From assembly GCF_009914755.1 (NCBI RefSeq), contig NC_060933.1: a stretch of DNA of 64,000 nt, one strand, 5' to 3'. Origin of the DNA: the human T2T-CHM13v2.0 reference genome, Homo sapiens. This document shows, piece after piece, positions 37,805-51,745 of this stretch (position 1 is its first letter; the number at the start of each line of letters is the position of its first letter). The position numbers and the translations under genes were made by a program. A model generated the notes under the pieces. It was not told where the DNA came from. It saw only the letters and a list, made by a program, of their open reading frames with translations, and made no database searches.

Positions 37805-38340
37805 TTACCTAGCTGATCAAAGTCAACGTCAACAGTGATAAATCATGTTCAAAATATGTACACTTAATATAATACGGCAAAAATGGCACTTTACAACCGT
37901 GGTCTTATTCCCCAAGCCACCTGTGTCATGATGAGAAAAATATCAGAAAAATCCCAATGAAAGGATGTTCTACAGAATACCTGACTAGTACTACTCAAAA
38001 CTGTCAAGGCTATCGAAAAACAAGGAAAGTTGCAAAAACTGTTACAGCCAAAATATTAAGGAGATATGACTTTTAAATATAATATGGTACATGGAGGAGA
38101 TCCTGAAACAACAAAAAAGGGCCACTTAATAAAAACTAAGTCTAAATAAATAAAATATGAACTTCAGTTAATAATAATACGGTTCATTAATTGTAGCAAA
38201 TGTACCATGCTAATATGTTACCAATAGAAGAAATTAGGTGTGGCATATCTCAAAACTCTCTGTATTATTTTTATAATTTTTCTGATTGTGAATCAGAAAA
38301 ATTTAGAATCACCATTCTAAAAATAAAGTTCATTTTAAAA
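37805..38340 (+). mobile_element. L1MD2/3-like 3' end
   Basis: 'gatcaaagtcaacgtcaacagtgataaatcatg...ctcaaaactgtcaagg...ctaaaataaagtt'. Confidence 0.8.
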
Positions 38341-39039
38341 AGGGATGGCACATGCAAATAACTAGAAATATTGCCTCAGATATAATAAGTGTTCAAACAA
38401 ATGGTAGATGTTATTACCACTATTATGTAATTGACTGTAAGGCAATTAACACCAAAATTATGAAGAGTTATTTTTAATTAATATGCATATGTTTTAAGAA
38501 TGTCATGAGAGCAAAAAAGAAATATTGAAAGAACAGCATCAAACACATCTATTCTGATATTTCAATTAATAAACTAATCTGCTTCAATCTTCCTGGGTGC
38601 GATAGTTAGTTTTATGTGGCAATTTGACTGGGCTAAAGGATCCTCAGCTATCTGATACAACATTATATCTGGGTGTCTGTGTGAGGGGGTTTCTGGATGA
38701 GATCAGAAATTGAATTAATAAGCTGCATAGAGAAGATTTCCCTATCTATGTGAGTGGGTATCATCAAATCCACTGAAGGCCCAAATAAAACAAAAAAGCA
38801 GAACGGCGAATTCACTCCCTCTGCATGAGCTAAGGCATCCATCTTCTGCTCTTGGATAGCAGAGCTCCTGGTTCTTAAGCTTTCAGAATTACACTGTGAC
38901 CTACACACCATTGGCTCCTGGACTCTCAGGCCTTTGGTCTCAGACCAAATTATACCACCAGCTTTTCTAGTTCCCCAGTGGGGCAGATAGCATGGGACTT
39001 CTTGGCCTTCATAGCCCATATCGGCATGAGCCAATGCTT

Positions 39040-39351
39040 TTTTTCTTTCTTTCTTCTTCTTTTTTTTAATACAAGGTCTTGCTCTGTCACCTAGGCTGGA
39101 GTGCAGTCATGTAATCAAAGCTCACCACAGTCTCAAACTCCTGGGCTCAAGCAATCCTCCCAGTTCAGCCTCCTCAGTTCCTGGCACTACAGGTATACAC
39201 CCTCAAACCCGGCTATTTAAAACAAATTATTTGTAGAGATGGGGTCTCACTATGCTGCCCAGGCTGGTATTGAACTCCTGGCCTCAAGTGATTCTCATGA
39301 CTAGGCCTGCCAAAGTGCTGGGACTTCATGTGTGAGTCACTGCCCCCAGCC
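39040..39351 (-). mobile_element. AluJ
   Basis: 'ctcctgggctcaagcaatcctccc'; TSD atgagccaat(g/t)ctt at 39026-39039 and 39352-39365. Confidence 0.92.
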
Positions 39352-39378
39352 ATGAGCCAATTCTTATGGTAAATCTCT

Positions 39379-39505
<127 letters not shown>

Positions 39506-39654
39506 ACTAATATACTGTGTTAATGTAGATAGCTAGGTCAGCTATTTTTACTACTCTCAAACCAAAATATACATTTGCCTAGGTCCAGTTACCATGATCT
39601 TATTTCTGTAAGCATGTAGAGTGAGATTTACATGTGTTCGTAGACATAATTAAT

Positions 39655-39805
39655 AGCCTGAACAATCTATTGAATCTTCTTAAATTTTGGTCCTTTCTTC
39701 ATCAAAAGGTTATAATAGCATCAACCTCATAAACATGTGAGAATTAAATATAGCAATCTGTAAAGGATCTGAATAGTGAGGTTTAAATAAAGAAGTGTTC
39801 AAAAA
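39655..39805 (+). mobile_element. MIR fragment
   Basis: 'ataatagcatcaacctcataaacatgtgagaattaaat'. Confidence 0.65.
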
Positions 39806-40067
39806 TTCCTTTCATAATTTTTTGGCCTGGAAAATGCAGACATATTTAATTTTGTGTACATGTAGCTCACACACTTATAGGTACACATATATTTTATTTT
39901 CTACATTTGAGGAACTCCTCAAATTTTACTTTGTCCAAGAAGTCTCCCTTGATTAACCTGAAAAGTCACAGAGATATTTTTCAGCACTATACTAGAAATA
40001 GAAAGTGTGAACATTGACATTAATAGGCTTAATAGACATTAGTGTTTGCATACACTATACACAAATA

Positions 40068-40185
40068 TATTTAGCCATTCACTGCACAAGCATTTCAAGA
40101 GAGGCTTCTATGTGTCAGAAGCTCCCAGGTGATGGGAACACAGAGACAAATATTCTCCATGTCCTGCCTTAAAAGGACCTCAATA
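40068..40185 (-). mobile_element. L2 fragment
   Basis: 'cttctatgtgtcaga...gggaacacagagacaaa...gtcctgcctt'. Confidence 0.55.
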
Positions 40186-40337
40186 ATATGAGTAAATAAA
40201 TATCCAAACGCAGATGTTAAGTTCAAAAAACTAAGGTACATACACACAATTGAGTAATATTCAGCAACAAAAAGAAATGAGGAAGATCTCTATTATTTAA
40301 TACATAGTGACATATTGTTAAGTAAAGAAAAAGCATA

Positions 40338-42387
40338 GAGGCTTCAAGATGGCGGACTGGAATCATTTCACTCCAGCCTTCTCCACTTAGAAGAACCAAA
40401 ATAGTGTACAGACAGTCATACTTTGAATGCATTATCCACAAGAGAATGCTGGAATTCAACAAAGAAGTGAAAGAAAACATCAAAAGTGGGGAAGGAGAAG
40501 AGAGAGAGGCAGTCTGCCTGGCTGGCATCAGCTGGGAGCCAGGAGTGACTTCCAAATATAGGGAAAGGGTAAGCCACAGACTTTCAATGCCCCACATCCT
40601 GACTGTGGAATCATGCAATCCTGGCTATGGAGAACCCTTTGACCTTTGTTCCCCTGTCCCATGGTCTCCTGGAAGCTTTCTTGGTCCCAAAACTAACATA
40701 CGAAGCTGCCAGAAGACCGTGAGACAGTATTGCTCCAGAGAGGAAGCTCATGTTGGGTCACACACCCTTTTTGAGGCCTAAGCCACTACAGCAAGGTGCC
40801 ATTTTCAAACCTAGCCTTTGGCAGACTGCATGCTGTCCTGGAGCCCAGTGACACTGGGACTGAGGTGTTACAAAAACTTGGACTGTCACTACTAGAATTG
40901 GGAAGCAAGTTTGGAGTCCTCCTACAGCTGGGATTAGAGAGCAAGTGAGGCATGAACTGCAGCTACCAGTGCCAGGAAGTGAGTACCACCGGAATGGAGA
41001 CTGGAATATGAGCAGAACATGAGTTGCTGCTGGGACTTGGTTGCCAGTTGGGTGAGGCTCCTGCAACTGGGGAGGAGCATGAGCTAGGTGTGGGCTACTG
41101 CCAGCATGGTTGGGGAATAAGACCTGCTGGGACTTGGGCATGTGTGTTCTCCAACTGCCAGCCCAGGCTGTGGCCATCAAGGACAGCCCTGCCCTCTCCA
41201 GTGGCAGGGCCTCAGCATGGCTACTACTGCCCTTCACCAGAGCATTATACTTGGGGTCTGAGGATTGCCCTACCCCTGTCCATCATGGCTGGTGCCTGCT
41301 CTCATCACTGAAGGGCCTGAGCACAAGCTTGCCCAGCCCAGCTTCAACCCCCTTCTTTGAGACCCATCCAATAGCCTGAGATCCAGGGGATTGACCAATC
41401 CACCATCTTGGGCACCTAAGTATTCATCCCAGGGGTCTGATGTGGGGCTTGAATTCCCAGCCTTGACCAACTCAGCTCTGAATTATGTGCAAGCACGACC
41501 AGTGCTCCCAATAATTGGTGGGCCCAGTCTATCTCAGCAACTGCTAAATCAATGCATACCACCTAAGACCCATAGATTCATCTTGCCACTGCTATTGCCA
41601 TCACTCATACCATGCCAGCTTCCCAGAGGCCAAAGAATCTGCCCATCCACCCAGTTCCACTGCTGCCACTACTGGCATCCAAGCATGCCACCTGGAGGCC
41701 CAAGAGTTAGGCCAGTGATAACCACCAAAACAGGTACCAGCATATACCGCTCTGGGCACAAAGATAAGTATGTTCAGCCCACTGCTGCCACCACTGGGGC
41801 CTGAAGACTTGCCCATCTGGCATTCCGATACCTAGCACAACTTCACCATACCCTAACTCACTAAGAAAATCACAGACACCACTAACACTGCTTACAGTGA
41901 AAGAAATCATACAGAGATTACACTACTGAATGCACCCAGTATCAAAGCCAAATTACCCTACCCAACAACATATATACGTCTTCAAGAAAAAGTCCTCACC
42001 TGTAAGAGTATACTCAAAAATAGGAAAAAGTGACTGTTATACCTGGTGCACAGATAACAACATAAGGACACGGGAAATATGAAAAAGTAAGAAAATATGA
42101 CACCTCCAAAGGAACATAATGATTCTTCAGCAATACATCTTAATCATAAAGAAACTTTTGAAATCACAGATAAAGAATTCAAAATACTGATCTTAAAGAA
42201 GCTCAGTGCAGTACAAGAAAATTCTGAAAAATGATAAAAAAGAAATCAGAAAACCAATTCAGAATATAAATGAGAAATTTACAAAAGAGATAGATAGTTT
42301 ACAAAGGAACAAAATACAAATTCTGAAATTGAAGACATCATTAAAACAAATACAAAATAATTTTGAAAGCTTCAAGAGACTTGATGA
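40338..42387 (+). mobile_element. L1M2-like 5'UTR and start of ORF1
   Basis: Starts 'gaggcttcaagatggcggac' (YY1 motif); ORF1-like 'KKEIRKPIQNINEKFTKEID'. Confidence 0.85.
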
Positions 42388-44184
42388 CGGGTAGAGCAAG
42401 ATGGCAAAATAGAAACCTAAACCATTTGCCTCCACACCACTGCAGGACCACCAAATCTTAACAGCTATCTGTACGCAGAAAAGTACTGTTACAAGACCTA
42501 AAAATCAGGTGAGCAATCACAGTACCTAGTTTTAACTTACTGTCACTGATAGAGGCATTAAAGAGGGTAGGAGAGACAGTCTTAAATCACCAATACCACC
42601 CCTACCCCCTGTCCCAGCAGCAGCCATTCGGCATGGAGAGATAGTCTGTAAACTTGGGGAGGGGGGAGCACCGAAACTGGGGGACTTCACATTGAACTCA
42701 GTGTTGCCCATTCACAACAGAGAGCAAAGCTGTGCTGGTCTCAGCCAGCACCTGTACATGGAAGGAACACATGGACCGGATCTAGCTAGAAAGGAATTCT
42801 CCATCCCAGTGGTTGGAATTTGAATTTCCCAGCAAGCTTTGCCACCATAGACCTAGGTAAACTTGAAAGGCAGTCTAGGACACAAGGACTGCAATTCCTA
42901 GGCAACTCCTACTGCAGGGCTGGGCACAGTGCCAGTGGACTTAGGGTTCATGGAACCTAGGGAGATTCCAACTTGGGTGGCTAAGACAGTGCCTGTGCCA
43001 CCCCTCCCCAGCCTCAAGCAGCACAGCTTGCAGCAATGAAAGTGACCCTTCCTTCTGCTTAAGGAGCGGAAAGCAAAGAGTAAAGAGGATTTTATCTAGC
43101 ATCTTGGATATCAGGCCAGCCACAGTAGGATACGGCAGTGGGCAGAGTCATGAGGACCCTACTCCAAGCCTGAGCTCCCAGACAACATTTCTAAATACAT
43201 CCTTGGCCAAAAGGGAACATACTACCTTGACAGGAAGGAACCAGTACTGGCAGGATTCATCACCTGCTGACTGCAGAGCCCTTGGGCCCTGAATAACCAG
43301 CAGCAAAACATAGGTAGTACCCCACAGGCCATGGTCTCTGAGATGTGCTGGCTCCAGGTGTGACACAGCACATTCTTAGCTGTGATGTCTAGTGTAAAAG
43401 ACTCTGTCTACTGCACTGAGCTTCTTTAAGATCAATATTTTGAATTCTTTATCTGCAATTTCAAAAGTTTCTTTATGATTAAAATGTGTTGCTGAGAGAG
43501 GGAAAACTAAAAACGACTTTGTCTTGCACCTTAGGTACCAGCTAGGCCACAGTTAGGTACAGCAACAAGCAGGCTCTTGGGGTCCCCAAGTCCAGGCCTA
43601 GACTCTTGGACAGCATTTCTGGACCTTCCCTGGATGAGAGGGGAGCTTACTTCCCTGGAGGGTGACTTGCAGACATGGCAGCATTTACCATAAGCTGGCT
43701 GAGGAGCCCTTGGGCTTTATGTGAATGTCAGTGATGTCCTCTCATAAACCCCTGTGGGCTGGTGATGGTGGTGACCAAAGAAGAAAGAGGCTCTTCTGCC
43801 TATGGAAAGGGGAGGGAAGAGCAGAAAGGACTTTGTATTGTAGTTTGAGTGCCGCCTTAGCCATCACAGAATAGAACATCAGGTAAATTTCTAAGGTTTA
43901 TAAATCTAATATCTGGCTCCTACACAGCATCTCTGGACCTGCCCAGTGCCTCAGGGAACTCATTGCCCTGAAGGCAAGAACATCATCCTGGCTGGCTTCA
44001 ACACCTTCTAATTACAGAGCCCTAGGGCCTTGAGTGAACATGGGTGGTAGCCAGGTAATGGTTACAGTGGGCACTGGGCAAGACCCAATGCTGTGCCAGC
44101 TTCAGGTATGACTCAGTACAGTCCTAGTGGTGGTGGCAACAAGGATACTTGCATCACTACATCCCCAGTTTAAGGCAGGTCAGC

Positions 44185-44236
<52 letters not shown>

Positions 44237-47200
44237 TGTATTTTTTTTGGAGAAAGTATGGGAAGAGAAAAAGAGTCTCTGCCTGTAATCCAGAGAATTC
44301 TTCTAGATCTTATTCAAGACCACCAAGGCAGTGCCTCTATAAGTATGCAAAAACACAGCATTATTGGGACTGGAACCCAAATCCCTCTGAATAGCTGAAA
44401 AGCCATCTGAAGAAGGATGGGCATAAGGAAACCCAAACTGTGAAGACAACAATAAATACCTAACTCTTCAATGCCCAGACAAAACAAACATCTACAAGCA
44501 TTAAGACCATCCAGGAAAACATGACCTTATCAAATGAACTAAATAAGGCACCAAGGGCCAGTCACAGAGAAACAGAAATATGTGAAGTTTCAGATAGAAA
44601 ATTCAAAATAGCTATGTTGAGAGAACTCAAAGAAATTCAAGGTAACATAGAGAAGGAATTCAGAATTCTATCAGATAAATTTATCAAAGAGATAGAAATA
44701 ATTAAAAGAATCAAGCAGAAATTCTAGAGTTAAAAAACATGATTGACATACTGAAGAATGCATCAGTCCCTTAATCGCAGATGTGATCAAGCAGAAGAAT
44801 GAGTGAGCTTGAAGACAGGCTACTCAAAAATACCGTCAGAGAAGAAAAAAAAAAAACAAATTTAAAAAAATGAAGCACACCTAAAGGATTTAGGAAGTAG
44901 CCATAAAATGGCATATCTAAGAGTTATTGGGCTTAAAGAGGAGGTAGAGAATGAGTTAAGGCCTAGATTCTTTATTCAAAATAATAATATCAGAGAAGGT
45001 CCCAGACCTAAAGAAAGATAGCAACATTCAAGTACACGAAAGTTATAGAAAACAAAACAGATTTAAACCCAAAGAAGACTACCTCAAGGCATTTAATAAT
45101 GAAACTCTAAAAGGTCAAGGATAAAGAAAGCATCCTAAAAGCAGCAAAGGAAAAGAAACAAATAATATACAATAGACCTCCAATATATACGGCAGCAGAC
45201 ATTTCAGTGGAAGCGTTATAGTCCAGGAGAGAGTGACATGGCATATTTAAAGTGCTTAAGGAAAAAAGAAAAAAAAAAAAAAAAAAAACTTAACCCTAGA
45301 AGAGTATGTCTGGTGAAAATATCCTTCAAGCATGAAGGAGAAATAAAAACCTTCCCAGACAACCAAAAATTGAGGGGTTTCATAAACACCAGACCTTTTG
45401 TACAAGAAATGCTAAAGGAAGTACTTCAATCTGAAAGAAAATGAAGTTAATGAGCAAGAAGAAATCATCAGAGGGGACAAAACTCACTGGCAATAGTAGG
45501 CATACCGAAAAACACAGAATATTATAACACGGTAATTGTGCTGTGTACACTACTCAATGTAAAAAACTAAATGAAGAAAATCAAAAATAATAACTACAAC
45601 AACTTTTCAAGACACAGTTCAGTAAGACATAAAGAGAAACAACAAAAAATTAAAAAGTGGGGGGATGAAGTTAAAGTGTAGAGTTTTTATTAGTTTTCTT
45701 TTGGTGTGTTTGTTTGTTCATGCAATCACTGTTAAGTTTTCATTAGTTTAACATAATGTTATAAAGTAGTAGTTATAAGTTTCATGGTAACCTCAAATCT
45801 AAAAACATATAATAGACACTCAAAAATGAAAGGTAAGAAATTAAGTCACACCACCAGAGAAAATCACCCTCACTTAAAAGAAGACAGAAAGAAAGGAAAT
45901 AATGAAGAGAACAAACAAAATAATAGGCAGGAGTAAGTCCCTACTTATGGATAATAACATCAAATGTAAGTGGACTAAATTCTCTAATCAAAAGACATAG
46001 AGTGGCTTAATGGATGAAAAAACAATACCCAATGGTCTGTTGGCAACAAGATACACACTTCACCTATAAAAATACTTACAGACTGAAAATAAAGAGATGA
46101 AAAAAATATTTCATGTCAACGGAAACCAAAAAAGAACAGAAGTTGCTATATTCATATCAAACAAAATAGATTTCAAGACTAAAAGTATAAGAAGAGACAA
46201 AGAATAAATAATTAAATGAAATGAAATGTAATTATATAATGAAAAAGTGTCAATGCAGCAAGAGTATTTAACAATTGTAAATACATATACACCACACTGG
46301 AACACCCAGATATATAAAGCAAACATTACTAGAGATAAAAAGAGAGATAGACCTCAATAAAATAGTAGCTGGAGACTTCAACCTCTCACTTTCAGGATTA
46401 GACAGATAATTCAGATGGAAAATTAACAAAGAAACAACAGCCTTAATCAGTACTACGGATAAAATAGACCTAATAGATATTTACAGAACATTTCATCCAA
46501 CAGCCGCAGAATACACATTCTCCTCCTCAGCACATGGATCATTCTCAAAGATAGACCATATGTTAAGACACAAAACAATTATTAAAACATTAAAAAATGA
46601 AATATTATCAAGCATTTTCTCTGGCTGCAATGGAATTAAACTGCAAATTAATAAGAGGAATATTGGAAACTATACAAACACATCAAAATTGAACAATATT
46701 CTCCTGAAGTACCAGTAAATCATTGAATAAATTAATAAGGAAATTTATTAATAAAATAAATTAATAAGGAAATGGGAAAATTTTCTTGAAAGAAATGGTA
46801 ATGGCAACACAACAGATCAAAACCTATGAGATAGTGCAAAATCAGTATTAAGAGGGAAACTTATAGCTATAAGTGCCTACCTCAAAAAAGAAGAAAATTT
46901 TAAATAAATAACCTAATGATGTATCTTAAAAAACTAGGAAAGCAAGAGCAAACCAATCCCAAACTGAGTAGAAGAAATAATAAAAGATCAGCTCAGAAAT
47001 AAGTGACTGAAATGAAGAAAACAAGACAAAAGATCAATGAAGCAAAAAGTCGGTCTTTTGAAAAGACAAAATTGACAAACATTTGCCCAGACTAATGAGG
47101 AAAAAAAGGGAGATGACCCAAATAAATAAACTCAGACATGAATAAGGAGACATTACAACTGATACTGCAGAAATTCAAAGGATCATTAGTGGCTACTATG

Positions 47201-48932
47201 AGCAAATATATGTCAATAAATTGGAAACTCTGGAGGAAATGGATAAATTCTTATACACATATAACCTGCCAAGATTGAACTTAAAGAAATCGAAGACCGA
47301 AACAGACAAATAACAAGATCAAAGCTGTTATAAAGTCTCTCAGTATGGAAAAGCTTGAGACTCAATAGCTTCACTGCTGGATTCGACAAAATATGTAAAG
47401 AACTAATACCAAACCTCCTCAAACTATTCTGAAAAATACAGGAGGAGGGAATACTTCCAAACTCATTCTGTGAAGCTAGCATTACTCTAATACCAAAACC
47501 AGACAAGACACATAAAAAAAATAGAAATATAGGACAACATCACTGATGAATATTGATGTAAACATCCTCAACAAAATCCTAGCAAATAAAATGCAAAAAC
47601 ACATTAAAAAGATCACTCATCATGACCAAGTGGGATTTATCAAAATCATATGAAAATCAACGTGACACACCATATCAATAGAATGAAGGACACAAACCAT
47701 ATGATTATTTCAATTGATGTTAAAAAAGCATTTCATAAAGTTCAGCATCCTTTCATCATAAAAAAATCCCTCAGAAACTGGTGTAGAGGAGCATATCTCA
47801 ATATAATAAAAGCCATATATGACAAACCTACAGCTAGTATCATACAGAATGATACTAGTTCTAAGATTGGGATCATGAAAAGGATGCTCGCTTTTCATCA
47901 CTGTTATTCAACAGAGTACTAAAAGTCCTAGCTAGAGCAATGAGACAAGAGAAAAAAAATTAAAGGCAATCCAAGTTGGAAACAAAGAAATAAAATTATC
48001 AGTGTTTGCAGATGATATGATGTTATATTTGGAAAAGCCTAAAGACTCCACCAAAAAACTATTAGAAGTGATAAACAAATTCAGCAAATTTGCAGGCTAC
48101 AAAATGAACATATAAAAATCAGTAGCATTTCTGTATGTCACCAGAGAACAATCTGAAAAACAAATTTAAAAAGTAATCCCATTTATAATAGCTATGCATA
48201 AAATTAAATACCTAGGAATTAAGAAGTAAAAGATCTCTACAATAAAATCTGTAAAACACTTATGAAATAAATTGAAGAGGAAAACAAAAAAAATGGGAAA
48301 ATATTTCATGTCCATGGATTGGAAGGATCAATATTGTTAAATGTTTCATGTTAAATGTCCATACTATCCAAAGCAATCTACAGATTCAATGCAATCCCCA
48401 TGAAAATACCAATGATATTCTTTATAGAAATAGAAAAAAAACTAAAATGTATATGAAACCACAAAAGACCCACAATAGCCTTATCCTGAGCAAAAATAAC
48501 AAAACTAGAGGAATCACCTAACTTCAAGTTATACTACAGAGACATCGTAAGTAAAACAACATGGTACTGGCATTAAAACAAACACATAGGCCAATGGAAC
48601 AGAATAGATAATCCAGAAACAAATCCACATACCTACAGCAAACTCATTTCTGACAAAGGTGCCAATAACATACATCGGGGAAAAGACAGCCTGTTCAATA
48701 AATCTTGCTGGGAAAACTGGATATCCACATGCAGAAGAATGAAACTATACTTTTGTCTCTATCCATAGACAAAAATCGAATCAAGATGGATAAGGACTTA
48801 AATCTAAGACCTCAAACTATGAAACTACTATAAGAAAACTTTAGGGAAACTCTCCAGATTACTTGACTGGGCAAAGATTTCTTGAGGAATATTTTACAGG
48901 TGTAGGCAACCAAAGCAAAAAAGGACAAATGA
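42388..48932 (+). mobile_element. L1M1 (L1MA1-3)-like element: 5'UTR, decayed ORF1 and ORF2, 3' end missing
   Basis: Starts 'gggtagagcaagatggcaaaatagaa'; ORF1 (KISFKHEGEIKTFPD) and RT pieces ([17 protein letters not shown], 'tttgcagatgatatg' = FADDM). Confidence 0.92.
44184..44236. repeat. (GA)n/(GACA)n microsatellite in L1 5'UTR
   Basis: Read directly. Confidence 0.95.
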
Positions 48933-50140
48933 CACTCCAATAACAATGAGCACACTTATTGTTTAGATCTTGGATTGTAATACTATTTCCCACTAAAATG
49001 ATCCTCAGAGAAATGACTGCTCCCCAGGGATGGTGCAGGGAAACTCCTAGATGAAAGTGAACATCTTTCACACCAGAAAGTAAAGAATTGCTAAAACTAA
49101 CATTGGAGCGTGTCATAAGGATACAGAATTTAGGTTGCAGGGGCTCTTACTAGCCAAATCTAGGAGAATGGAAGAACAAAACAAATAAAGATAGTAGTGT
49201 ATTACAACCCACTAGAGAGAATAATGAGTCACTAAAATTGGTATGAGTCTACACTGATAATATTTATTCAAATGAATGAATGAATGTATAAACAAATAAA
49301 GGCTGAGGGAAAGTTCTTGCTCATAATAGAATGTGAAGTGAATACAAAGGGAGTTTCAATAATCAAAGTAATTATCATCCATCTTTAGGCAATAATCATC
49401 GATAGATGCCAAGTCTAGGGGCAAAATTTTGATGAAGATCAGAATATTTTCAAAGTCTACTCACCAATTATGTACTACTTGCAAGGGAAAAACATAGTAA
49501 ATGTACCACAGCAAAAAATGACAATACGTGAATTGAGTGATCAAAATTAATATCAACAATGAGGGGCAGGTAGACATCATGTACTTAGGAATGCAAGACC
49601 CCAAAAGACTCACTGTCACCTATATAGCATTCCAGATTTGGAATTTATAATCTAAAGAAACATTAGACCAATCCTAAACAAGAAACACTCTGTAAAATAT
49701 ATTTTTCAGAGGACTATATTCTTTAAAAATGTCATGTTCATAAAAGACAACAAAAAGCTGAGTAACTACTCCAGATTAAAGAAGACTAAAGAGACATGGT
49801 AACTCAAATTAATACATGAACCTAGACTGAATCTTTGTAATAGAGGAAAACATACTGTATAAACATTACTGGACCGTTGACTAAACTAGAAATGTGCACT
49901 GAATTATTTAAGGTAAAGGACCATAATCTATACAATTTACTCTCAAATGGCTCAGAAAAAAATATAAATGCATGCACACAGACATCGATATACTTATATA
50001 CGTATATACAGATGGATAGATAGATGGCATGTGGCAAACAAATGGAGCAAAATATTAACAATAGGTGAATCTGAGCAAAGGGCATATGTTTTTTCTATTA
50101 ATCTTGCAGTTTGAACTTAAAACTTACAAATATAAAATTA
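48933..50140 (+). mobile_element. L1MC4-like 3' region
   Basis: 'caataacaatgagcacac...gtgatcaaaattaatatcaacaatgaggggcag...ggtgaatctgagcaaagggcatatg'. Confidence 0.75.
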
Positions 50141-50523
50141 ATGTAATTTTTGTAGTGAAGATAAACTATGTGGATATGGCATAGCTTAGCAATCCTGTAA
50201 CCAGGGATGGTGAAGGAAGTTGGGAAATGCCTGGAGTGCTAAGGAGAATCTGAGGAGAAACTGTGAAGAATTTGAATTTATCCTGAGAACATAGGAGATG
50301 TATAAGATGAGGAAAGTCTGCCTTCTCACTTGTAAAAGAGACAGAAAAAAAATCAAATAGAGTGTTTAATAGAACAGAAAGAAAACTAAAGAGACTCATT
50401 ATTTCCCAACCAGTGATACATTGAAATGTAACATATTAAAAAGCATTTTTAGCTTAGTGGTGGACTGTGCAGATTGTTGTGCTGATTCTCTAGGCTACTT
50501 TTCTGCAGAACAGTAATCTGGTA

Positions 50524-50939
50524 CATTAAAATAAAAACTTTAGATAAATTTAACAGAGTTACTTCAGCAAAAAAACAATTCATGTATTGGGCAGCACTCA
50601 GAATCAGAAGAGGCTCAGAGAGCTCCGCATAGCAGCATAAGCAGTAAGCTTTTACATGCTGACTAGCAGAATAAAAATAGAGAAATCAACAGATTGTCTA
50701 CTGACAGGCATTTATTTTATTTAGGCATGATGTCATGAGGCATTTGTTTACTCGGACATGGTTTTATCAGTTGGCTGCTTGTGATTGGCTGAAGCTCAGA
50801 TGTTTGTGATTGGTTGAAATCCAGGTATTTGTTACAAAAAAATACATTACTAGGTTTCCGTTTGTTTATGGACTAAGTTAGGTTGCAGTTTGTTATGTAG
50901 GAGCTCAAAGTTCAGAGACATCCTGAGGCTAATTTAACA
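50524..50939 (-). mobile_element. MER57/MER93-group ERV1 solo LTR
   Basis: 'aaatttaacagagtt...gggcagcactcagaatcagaa...gtgattggctg...aatttaaca'; tandem CCAAT boxes. Confidence 0.7.
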
Positions 50940-51101
50940 GCTTATTTGATGTAACAGATGAAATGTGCCTGGGGGAAAAAGTGACTGTCAAGTGTGGGAA
51001 ACATTACACAGCAGAAAGTCTTGTCTTAGAGACTCACAATGTATAAAAGTATATTAAGGCTCTAAGAATTTCAGAAGTGGTTAAAAAAAAGATAATTTTA
51101 A

Positions 51102-51411
<310 letters not shown>

Positions 51412-51456
51412 TTAATGCAGTGTTCCTTAAACATTTAATAAGAATTTAGTTTCCTG

Positions 51457-51745
51457 GTATCATAGGTTGTATTCTCTGAAGTAGAAATTGAGATGAAGTT
51501 TTGGGTACCAGGAAAAGTATTGCCCATCAGAGTGCCTCAGCTTGGCCCAGGTTCTTTATACCACATTCCCCCCTCAGTCACCAAGTGAGGAAGACCAGGA
51601 AGTTGGCTCTCTGCAGCTGAGGCCCATCCTGAAGGAGCTGGGAGCTGGAAGCAGTCTACTGACCACAGCAGGCTGACTGCATTTCCTACAGCTGAGCAAA
51701 ACATGCTTCCTCAAAGAGGGTGTGTCTCCATGTTGTTCACATTTA
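51457..51745 (-). mobile_element. LTR16-like ERVL LTR fragment
   Basis: 'ggctctctgcagctgaggc...cctgaaggagctg'. Confidence 0.55.

Noticed and set aside
40758-41804. Longest ORFs (159 and 137 aa) in GC-richer DNA
   Set aside because: Lie within the L1M2-like 5'UTR; overlapping frames on both strands reflect GC content.
42388-48932. Potentially active reverse-transcriptase element
   Set aside because: FADD motif is present, but ORFs are broken by many stops, frameshifts and deletions and the 3' end is missing.
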